A DNA stretch of 59,399 bases, the filler included, from Sphacelaria rigidula (Eukaryota), in the NCBI GenBank assembly GCA_964200075.2. It is 6 parts of 6 records of this genome, joined end to end, with 100 filler letters (N's around TTAATTAATTAA, not from the genome) between each part and the next. Parts side by side here need not be neighbours in the genome. Positions count along the whole stretch, not along the records: positions 49,585 to 59,399 come from CAXNAA020007702.1; 5 more parts are not named here. One strand, given 5' to 3'. The notes under the pieces were generated by a model that was not told the DNA's origin, searched no databases, and was given only the letters and a program-made list of their open reading frames with translations. The position numbers and the translations under genes are program-made. Of the stretch, positions 49,679 through 59,399 are shown piece after piece. Numbering within the stretch: position 1 is the first letter of the stretch; each line of letters opens with the position of its first letter.

Positions 49679-51624
49679 TAAACCCCCTCCACAGGGTGCT
49701 ATCCGTCCACGTGTGTCGTGGCCACACGCATCACGTCTACGCTGCAGTTGTCGCAGTACCGTGGCGCGTTCAAACCGCGGTTTGATCTGCGTTGGGCATT
49801 GCCGGAGCTGCTGCTCTACTGATGTATTCCGGTTTGTACAGAATTGGGGTGGGAACACAGTTCAATCTATACAAAGTTAAGAAAAGTCACGTGATGGCAG
49901 TGTAGCCGTTATGTCTTCTTTGGGTGCTCTTTTTCAGGTGTAAAACTCCTCGATTTTGATTTTGTGTTGTAAGACATGTTCTTGCGATCCGAAGAGTTGC
50001 CAGTGTACTAAGTATCTGGTATTTTCAAACGTCCTGAAGAACAGCAACAGCCATAGGTGCCAGCCAGGCGGTCGATAATGGTATATGATATTTAGGTTCA
50101 ACGGCAGGTGGGCTTGAAGCTTGAACTGCGGATCACAACGTAAAACAAGAATCAACCAACCCCAACAGTTTTTTACTCAATTAAGCATCTACGGCGAATT
50201 CCGTCTGAGAACGCAAACGACACTTTTTACGATAGCCCCCCCCCAAAACCAGCTCGAAAGTGTCACGAAATAAATGGCCATACAGCACCCAATGTGTGGG
50301 TCCAGGCTGCATGAAGCGCCTCATATTGGCAACGTTGGCTAGAACNNNNNNNNNNTCGTTGTGCTCGGCTGTTCCCATTTCGATTTACGTAAAGATTTTG
50401 CCTCCCATAACAATGCACTTTTGGGGGGGGGGGGCTATCGTAGGAGGTGTCAAACTCGATTGTCGCCTGCAGCAGATGATAGTTGCTCGGAAGACATATG
50501 ATTAGCTAACGATATCACCTTGCCTGCACATAGATTTATCAAGTGGCGTGAGACTCGTCCGGTAGGCAGCTGCGGTCAGGTTTTGAGAGTCGATTGGTCA
50601 AGGAGTGACCCATCGGTATAAAGACCATTACAGGATCGTACTTTATTTATAGGGTCTCTGAGCTGAGATCGGCTTTTGAGAGTCAATCGATAAAGGAGTG
50701 ACCCGTGTCAACAAAATGACGCGCCATTTATCCACTTCCGCGGACAAAGGCCCAATCTTCTATCGGAGCTTGAAAATAATTGCGTATCACACTGCGTGTG
50801 TAGCTCGCGGTTTTGCTCTACTTCTATGACGACCACCACCGTCCCAGTTTAGACTTGCCCCCCTCTCCGCTCAACCTGTTAAGAACGCCTTCTCGGTATA
50901 ATAAAGAACTTCGGGGAAGAACGGTTATTTTGTGTTGGCAAAAATTTTGTGGGTGTATACATCTAGCTGACTCGACCGTTTCGGGAGCTCGTTTATGTTT
51001 CCACAAAGCCCCGATGAGTTTGGGGCTCCCTGGCGTTGTTGTGTGAAAAATGAAACGGCGTCCCCAAACTGTCCAGTTGGTGAGACAGTCACTCTCAAAA
51101 AGGGGAATGAAAGCATTGTCCTCTCTGGCCATTCTTTGCTCAAAGAAAGACGAGGGGGTGAGGATGCCGCGATTGGAGCACCCTGGAGCACCGTCGCGAT
51201 GATTGAGTCGCCATCATCAGCAGGGAACAACTGGAGGTCAACGGACATATATTTGTTTGCCAGCACCCATCGAGTAGTTTAGTGTTCCTTGTGGTTGAAG
51301 GACGGCAATTGTTACGACTTCCTAATTTTGGAAACTGTTTGCGTATGGATCGTATGTGGAGGATTGGGGCTCATGCGCCGACAAGACATTTCGGGTCGTG
51401 GGAAGTCGTGACAGAGTGGTGCTTTGCACCCTCCTCTTCCACGCGTTTCCCTCACCTCTCGTCTCCCAATTTCTTCCGTGCGGATAGTGATGATGATACT
51501 TGAAACGAATCTTCACATTTTGAGTCTGACCGTAAAATCGGCGTCAAAGCGCAATTAGCGCAGTACAGTACACGACAAATGTTCATCATGGAGTAGACCC
51601 TGTGCATCGCATGGACCATTGAAC

Positions 51625-52390
51625 TAGGGGCCCTTGTTAATGAAGGGGATGATCCCCGTTTCCACAATCCCCTTTTGACAGGAGATTGGCCCCATAACGA
51701 ACAGTCCCGAGTCCTATCGACAAGCAGTTTTGTACAGATTGGAACCCAAATCTGCACGCAGGTTCAGAAATGTGGCGGGTCTGGAAGTGGTCGTTAGTCC
51801 AAGCAGGTCCAAGGTCTGTGAAATGCTGCAGACATCACGCAACAAGGCAACACAGCACCTACACTCAGCCCCGAAAAAACAAGGATAGATACCCACCACT
51901 CACGCGCATTAGTTTCACCGCTGGCCCTTGCTAATCTACACACGACAGTCTTTGTTTGACGGGAATCCGTTTTGTATTGGACGAATGACGGCCGCGTGCG
52001 TGTCGGAAACAACCGAAAACATGTCGTTGCTCACCGCTTTGTAAGGGTGTGCTGCGCGCGCGTCTCACAGATTTGAGCAAGGTGACCCACAACGTGCACA
52101 GCTGATGAGCAGCTCCGGCTTCAACTGTGTGTTTTTGATTTGAGGGGCCACCAAGCTCATCAGGTTCAGCTGCGATTGTGTTGGGTTGTGTGGTAAGCCT
52201 TTGCATGTGCCCCTGTCAACGGGACATATATGTTCCCCTTCGGGGGTGCACAGAAGAGGGGATCTCTGTGCACGTTGAGGGGATTTTCTTTTTTTGGAGG
52301 GGGTGGTGGTATCGCAGCGACCAATCACCGGTCATTTTCAGAAAGGGGATTTTGAAAAGGGGATTATCCCCTTCGTTACGAAGGGCTCTA
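51625..52390. mobile_element. Old MITE with ~70-bp diverged TIRs
   Basis: taggggcccttgttaatgaaggggatgatcccc versus ggggattatccccttcgttacgaagggctcta; no TSD found. Confidence 0.6.
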
Positions 52391-53094
52391 ACCAAACGCT
52401 TGCGGGCGCGTGGATCAACAGCGTAAGAGTTGTTGTACACTCTTTTTTGGCGAAAGAAATTACGAGAAAAAACATGCTTGTGTAGACTTGATTGATTGTC
52501 GCTCTCGAAATGACCTCCCAGGGATCCAACCGTGGTCACATGATACACGTACCCAAGGAGAACAAAACCGAAACACTCGCTGAAGATAAAGAAGGAACAG
52601 AAAAAGTCGAACAGAACGACACAGTAGACTTAAAGCGTAAAACGAAAAATACCGACAAAAGGCAAAGCACAGAAAGAAATGGCCAATCTAGAACAGAGGA
52701 AAAGGAAAAGAAAAGGAAAAGAAAAGGAAAGGAAAGCAAGAAAAAAAGACGAAAGAGTATGCCCAATATTTCACTGTATTTTGTTTATTCCCTGAGCTAC
52801 TATATCACGTACGCACGTACGTGTTCCCGATTCGTATACTGTTTTTCTCCCCTCTCCTCGATTGTTCCACCACCGTCCCCCATACACTTATCCGAAAAAA
52901 GGCACTATTCGTCCGAACGAAGACGCGTCTTTATCCATGGGGAAAAGAAATGTCGGCGTATCAAATAAATACGAGCATTCATCCAAAAAGGAAGCGCGTC
53001 TGATCCCAGACGGAACGGCGTGCTATCCTGAACGACAAGCACGTTCTACCCCAGAAGGAGGCACACTGTTGTTGATCGCTACAGGAAGCGCGGT

Positions 53095-53190
53095 TCACCC
53101 AAGGAGGAACCACACGTTGCGCGACTGTGCCGCTGCCTGCCGTACAGCTCGCCTCTCATCGTCCAGAGGGATCCGAAGTCTACGTGTAAC
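53095..53190 (-). CDS. MMS19: MMS19 (cytosolic Fe-S assembly) terminal exon
   Basis: AACAG|GTT acceptor; VTRRLRIPLDDERRAVRQAAAQSRNVWFLLG* matches the LDDxxRxVR...RxxW C-terminus of MMS19. Confidence 0.92.
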   Translation of the reverse strand, partial: VTRRLRIPLDDERRAVRQAAAQSRNVWFLLG

Positions 53191-53854
53191 CTGTTTAAAT
53201 TGAGCAACAACAAAAAAAACGCGCACGCGCATACACAGTAAAAAAAGAAAAAGGCGCCCTCATCTAAAACGAAAGAATAAAGCGGTAAATAGGTGACGAG
53301 AACGGGAGTGCACGCTTGTAGGCAAAGGGGGGAAACCGTTCATGTCTCCTCCTGAGCGAGTCGAGTTCTCAGAAATCCTGCCGAGGTAGCATTTATTTTA
53401 TACGGTGTAGGTGTGCGTGTTCTGCGCCCAACATTCAGTGGATTGCCCTTCTGGGTACTAGTACGTCAGTACTTCTTGGAATGTGTTGATGACGGGTTTT
53501 TTTTCCTTCACATGGTTTCAAGGCGATCATATCAACAGAGGGTAGGTGTGACGATCAAATAGCCAGCGACTGAGAAACAGGCAGTTGTGATTCGTTCATT
53601 CAGGAATAGCGCATCGGGGCGTGTTAGCAGCATCGCAAGGTGTTTCCTATACTATGATTAAGTAATTATATCAGGCTCACATGACAAGGGTGTCGTGTTC
53701 GAAACGAAGCTGGGTCCCTACCAGGGCATTCATTCCTCGATTCCAGTTGATATTGCAATAACCATCACTTTCCTGTGTGCTCTCTCTCATCATTTGGTTT
53801 AAGAGTAGCGGAAACTCACGAAACAACTCACGTCTTCACGCTCCCATCCCCCCC

Positions 53855-54058
53855 GCAAGATTTCTAGTACGCTTCGAGCAGAACAATCTCAGCAGAATGC
53901 AGCTCACCCTCGCGGAACACATGACGGCGCTTCGCGCTTGGTGATTGATTGCGAGCCTGGCCCGGCGAAAACTCGGCGTGCTCCGCCCCGGCTTTGTAGG
54001 GATGCCAGGTCACATGCCTCACGACTATGGCATGCAAGATCATGTGTACATCCCCCCC
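53855..54058 (+). mobile_element. 5'-truncated C-tailed retroposon in the last MMS19 intron
   Basis: Matches the 3' ~200 bp of the family; C-runs on both sides. Confidence 0.85.
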
Positions 54059-55395
54059 GTAAACAGAAAAAAAGCCCAGACCGTTCAATACACCAACACC
54101 AACAAGCAGCTGGTATCAGGTTTCCAACAGTACACGACGACACCAAAGCGCAGCGATGGCAGAGACTGCCGCTCCTCCGTGCCCCCTCCAGCCACGGCTA
54201 GCAGCAGCCTGATCGGCGGCACAATCGGCCCGCAACCAACCACCGCACACAAACTGGTGCGAGCGTAGATTCGGCTGCAGCACAGCTGTCCGCATATACC
54301 CTGACGGTCCTGTACTGTGCCGTCCCTTTCTGTACCCTCGTTATGGGCTTGACTCAAGAGTACCCTATCAGGACATGTCAGTGCTGACCTGGCATCGAGC
54401 TGTGAGTCACGTCTGTCGGTGACAGGGTCAGGTGCAGATGGGTACACATGATGGTATAGTACTGTCCTATCCCGTACGGTGCAGTGGCGTGCTGTGCTGT
54501 CCCACGCTCTACCACCGCTGCACTGTACTACTGTACTTCTGACTGTGACCGGCTTGGGGTATATGCATGGACTACACCTTTTTTCGAGCATGCACGGTTG
54601 ATACTGGTTCGTGTGCTTGATACACTCTCTGCACAGAAAACCACCAAGCGAAAGCAGACTTTTCCGTTGCTAGTTTACCTGGGACCCGAAAAAGGGGTCA
54701 CGTTACGACGTACACCCAAGTATCGTCCGGCATCCGTGAACACGATTTGGCTCTTGCCAGATAAACAGCTTATTGCACCGAGAGAAGAAAACAAGTGTTG
54801 GCCATACATTTTTTATATATGTAATATATTTATATAAAATGCCAGAAAATAAAGGAGCCACGGGTCCATGCAGTACTGTAAAATCGACGAATTAGGCCGT
54901 TCTGATTCGGGTTTTCACCGAGGGAGAGGGATATGGACGCCGTCGAGACATGCTTTCACATTAAGTGGCTTCAGAACTTGCTTGTCGCCCTCGATGCGTC
55001 GAAGTATACCTCCAAAGTTTCTGGTAGTTTTTCACGTACATCATGACCCGAAACTTCATTCGTTTTTATCTTGCTCGTCAAAGAAATACAAATATATGTA
55101 TACATAATATGCATATATAACCGCGCGACAATGACGTCAAAATAAGTCTCCTTGCTCATCCCCCTCTCCGTCTGATAAACTCGACGCTTGCGCCACTGTG
55201 CGACGTACACCCAGCGATTATTTTACCGCGCCGCCTCAAGCGATCCTCGAACTACGGCCCTCGTGGTTGCTATTCAGCCGAGTAGCGTTCCTTCTCAAAA
55301 GGCTACCCCTAGGTGAGGTCGGGCCAGGTACTATGACGCTATAAACACACAACCCCCAAATCCCTCAACACTGTGCAGTACGGTACAGTACACAC

Positions 55396-55671
55396 CTGAC
55401 TCTTGAAGGGATGTAGACGAGAATACGGCAGTGCCGACAGAGCCGTCAAACATTCCACCGCCCGATACCTCGACAGAGCTCCCACCCGCCCCTCCTTTTC
55501 GCCTCGTCCTTCCGCGTCCTCGTCCTCGGTGCCAACAACATTTCGTCGCCGCCGGTGACCTTTCCGCCTCCCACCGTTCGTGGCTTCCCCTCCCTCGGCC
55601 AGGGACAAAAGCAAAGGTATGACCGACGAAACGTGTTCTCCAAACATACTCAGGAAGTCCTTCGATAGCAC
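55396..55671 (-). CDS. MMS19: MMS19 penultimate exon
   Basis: TGCAG|GTG ... CAG|GTGTGT, 276 nt; EHVSSVIPLLLSL...RYRAVECLTALSALPYSRLHPFKSQ; phase 0 joins the terminal exon. Confidence 0.92.
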
Positions 55672-55761
55672 CTGCATCACGTTGCGATCCATTCGAGGGG
55701 TCATACAGCGGAATCGACGGGGTTGGGATCGAGAGTTCGGCGCCGGGGAGCGCGCGCCGGG

Positions 55762-56800
55762 AGGAGGGGGGGGGAAGGTAGTCATGATCATGCATGCCAT
55801 AGTCATAAGACCATTGACCTCGCATCCCTACAAAGCTGGGACGGAGCACGCCGGGTTTTCGCTGCGCCAGGTTCGTAATCAATCACCAAGCGCGAGGCGC
55901 CGTGATGTGTTCGGCGAGTCGTCGCATGAAGGGTGAGTTGCATCCTGCCAAGATTGTTCGGCTCGAGGTGTATTGATTATCTTGCATGTGGGTGACAATC
56001 TAGGATGAGTTGCTTCATTTTTCTGGTGTTGCCACTTTCAGATTCCTCCACGGGTTACACACAGCCTCAAGTAGAGCTCGGGAATGGTTTGTCTAACCAT
56101 TAACCAGTTGAATGGTGACGCGTAGCGTACTCATTAACCAGTTAAATAGTACATAATGGTTTGTTTATCGAGCGGTGCAGCCGCGAGCCAAAAGCCCTCC
56201 TCGGCAGAGGGGGGCCCGCCGGAGGCGCTGTGCCGGAGGCACGTTTTTACGCGATTTGGCTTCACTAGAGCTGAAAAATACGTGAAATTTGGGCCACTTT
56301 CGAGCCATGCTATAAAAGGGGTTGCACTTTTTGTTTCTGGGTCACTTTTTTGTAGAAGCCCAAATATATAGGGCTTGCTGTGCAATCCAAATATCCGGGG
56401 ACCGGACATGAAGATGTACGCAGAGGCCTTTTCGTGAATTGGTATCATTTTCAGTCTTTTTTAAGTAAAGGTGATACCGATTCTCAGAATGACCCGTCCA
56501 ACACCCCGAGAAACATTTTCGCTAAAAACGTGCACGTCTACCGTAGCATAGCTCTTTCCAAGAGCTATATGTAGCCTATGTAGCCGGTAACGACTTACAA
56601 AGCCGGTAACGGTAAATAATGGTTTGAAACCATTGTTAAAAATTTTCATATTACCATCATCATTAGTATCATTATAATGATAATGGCCAGTTATAACTGG
56701 TACCATTTCCGAGCTCTAGCCTCAAGGGTGTCTCACCAGTTCACCACTACGTAGCATGATCATCCCGATTACGAGGGTTGGGGGGCGCACGCACGGGGAA
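55762..56800 (-). mobile_element. C-tailed retroposon copy interrupted by a hAT MITE
   Basis: 55762-56071 plus 56719-~56790; G-runs on both flanks. Confidence 0.85.
56072..56718. mobile_element. hAT-type MITE, 647 bp
   Basis: TIR TAGAGCTCGGRAATGG; perfect 8-bp TSD GCCTCAAG. Confidence 0.93.
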
Positions 56801-57207
56801 AGGCGGGCGGGGGAGGGGGGGGGCGAGGGGAAGGCACAGTGAATGGCGACGAATGTCAGTACCACCTCAGAAAGGACGATATCTTGCCACTATTAATGTT
56901 GTTTTCCCTCATGTCTATTATTTTTGCAATGAATCATGTAAGCACTCTGTTCCCCTTCTCCTGAATGATCTATTCTTCGTCAATTCCCCCTCCGTTCCTC
57001 CAGCGAGTGTTTTTGTTTCATTTCTTTTTTCCTTGCGTGCGTACGAAAGTCTACCTTTCCACAACGGCTGGATATTTGAGGCGGATCACTCCATGTACGA
57101 CAACTATTGAAGTGATCGAATGAGTTCATCATACATCTTGACCATAGAATGTATGTAGATAGCACATAGAGTATTGGCAAATAAGCAGCGGTATGTCGAC
57201 AAGGCTG

Positions 57208-57466
57208 TAACGGTCGGACCGAATGAATGATTTGTCCGGAAATTACTTGATTTTGGTGTAGTTGATCCGTACCATAAGAATCAATCCTTAGGCTTTGTTT
57301 TCAGCGTTGCAACCCAGGTACGCGCAGCCCAGGCGCGTGGAATGGCGCAAAAGTTGCGTGAAGGCCTGTTTGACCGGCGGTCGACTTTTTTCTCTCTTTC
57401 GATCAATCAGGCCTAAGAAATCGCGGATTTGGTGATTCGAATCGGCGATGATTCGTCCGAAGCGTG
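57208..57466. mobile_element. 259-bp MITE with perfect 8-bp TSD CAAGGCTG
   Basis: Homologous to 41748-42006. Confidence 0.88.
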
Positions 57467-58767
57467 CAAGGCTGGGAAGCTTTGTCCTCTTGTACGGTTT
57501 TTCAACGAGGGAGAGGATCGCTGGAGGGATGGGAGGCGTACTCATTTGTTGCTTGTCTTGGTATCGTTTGACAATTCACCACGTATTCCTTGAGAGACAA
57601 AGCACCGTTCCTACTGCTAATAGAGACACCTCCGATATTTAGGTGCCCATTACGTTTTTCCCGTACACTACACAAAACCTTTCACATATCCTATCCTCGT
57701 CCTGGTTCGCCCTCTGTGGCCATCATCTATCCCCTAGTATAGCCACCGTTTTCTCTCCAATGCCACTTTGTTTCAGTGAATGTCGTCAACTCATGAATTG
57801 AAGAAAAAAAAATCTTCAGGCCTGCAAATAATTTTTCGGAAGTATGCCCCTTTTATTGTCCATATCAAAACATTTTAGGGTCCACCTCTAAAAATTGGGG
57901 AGAGAATGAGGCTGCAAACTACGAATCCGCTTCTAGACTGGCCCAGCTCGTAGTGCTGGTCTTAAATGAAAATGGATGCAACAGCGAGGATCGGAGGACA
58001 TTCGATAGTATAGTCTACGTCATCGGATTCAGGCGTTTTCCCTCCAATCTGGAATCCTGTCGGTGCCCATCTTTGTCTCCGAGCCGCAAACTGCAAATCC
58101 CGCAACGGTCTGATGTTGTCGCGCTGTTCGGGTGGTGTGTGTCGGCAAAATTTCCACACATATTCGTTGGATCTTCGTGAGCTCCGGTACACAAGCGCCC
58201 TGTATGCATCGTTGGATCTTCCGGGTCCTTGGTCCAAATAGCCGGGGGCTACAGTCCCTTGGCCGTTGGGTTTCCGCCTTTCTTGGTGGGGTGAAATTTA
58301 ACCAAAAATGGCTATGGTTGTGACTGCTTAGCGTATCTTATGCTGAGCCGGCGGTACGGTCACCACTTAACAAAAAAGGGTAGGAGTTGACTTTTCAGGA
58401 GAGGGCAGAGTGGACCCTACTGGTTTGTTTACAAAAAAGGGTACTCTCACAGACTCTGATTTTCGGCGCCGTAGTTCGGCCTAGAACACTTGTAAAAATG
58501 AAAAAAATGGTCGGTCATGTTGCCCAGACACCTTGGGTGTGGGGCTGAGGCGCTGGAACGTATTTTCGAGGTGTTCAGCCCGCGTGCAGCGCCGCGCCCC
58601 AAAGCGAAAAAAAAGTAACCCCTTTTTGTTTCAAAAACACCAGGGTGTACCTTTTTTCGTCTATTGAACATTCTTCAAAATTACGAAAGAGCAAGTGGCC
58701 ATCGGCGAATTCTCCGTTGAGAATAGCCGAGATATGCACAAAACACTAATACCCCTCTCCCTCCCTC

Positions 58768-59399
58768 CGTCCGGCGAAGACCCCGCGTACTCCGTCCCGG
58801 CTTTGTAGGGATGCGAAGTCAATGTTCATATAACTACGGTTTGCAATATCATGAGTACATCCCCTCCCCCCCACTATGAGTCTGGCGTCGGTTGGCGATG
58901 ACGCTGTGAAATACTCCACTCACTGCGTAAGCTGGGCAACGAGGTTACCGATCGTTTTGCGCGCTTGCGTTTTTTTGCGGTAAACGTGATGGTGGTCGAG
59001 CTAGATCATGTTGTGCGGGGTGGGAGGGCCTTAACTCCGCGCAAAGGCGATGATCGTACTACGTAGTGTTAAAATGGTGAGACACCCATGAGGCAGTGCA
59101 TAAGCCATGACTCTCACTGGAAGTGGCAATACCAGAAAATGAACCAACTCATTCGAAGCTGTCATCCACATATGTAAAATAATTAGAACGCTTCGAGCCG
59201 ACCAATGTTAGAAGGATGCGGATCACCCTTCATGCGACTCGCCGAATACATCACGGCGCTTCGCGCTTGGTGATTGATTGCGAGGCTAGTCCGGCGAAAG
59301 CCCGACGTGCTCCATCCCGGCTTTGTAGGGATGCGAGGTCAGTGGTCATAAGACGATGGCATGAAATGTCATGAGTACACTCCCCCCCCCCCCCCCCCC
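58768..59399 (+). mobile_element. Tandem C-tailed retroposon: 3' fragment (58768-58872) plus full copy (58873-59399) ending in poly(C)
   Basis: Head ggcgtcggttggcgatgacgctgtgaaa; tail catgagtacactCCCC... running to the scaffold end. Confidence 0.9.

Noticed and set aside
52492-52968. 158-aa K/E/R-rich ORF
   Set aside because: A-rich low-complexity tract without splice or domain support
38978-55671. Sugar-transporter exon, orphan exons and MMS19 as one gene or cluster
   Set aside because: They lie on three different scaffolds, and MMS19 has its own stop at 53095

Overview
Eukaryotic, intron-rich DNA, most likely a brown alga (Phaeophyceae; inferred from splice style, repeats and protein style). 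The window is not one locus. It is six scaffolds of steadily decreasing length (9818, 9818, 9817, 9816, 9815, 9815 bp) joined by 100-bp N/TTAATTAATTAA linkers, so they are probably unrelated and no adjacency across linkers should be trusted. Host genes: a complete 5-exon ANKZF1/Vms1 gene (minus, 1499-6570), the last exon of a sugar-porter MFS transporter (38978-39124), the last two exons of MMS19 (53095-55671), and a tentative orphan spliced gene (45510-47592). The rest is transposon-derived: two interlocked Ty1/copia elements, a degenerate near full-length APE-type LINE, many copies of a ~500-bp non-autonomous retroposon, and hAT- and Tc1-like MITEs. Most notable: (1) the LINE and the ~500-bp element share both a 5' pseudoknot-capable head and a 3' tail ending in oligo(C), and copies sit in C-runs, suggesting a C-tailed, C-run-targeting LINE/partner system with a 62-bp tandem array in the LINE leader; (2) a circularly permuted copia-in-copia arrangement with a swapped CTGAA target-site duplication at an LTR/PBS junction.
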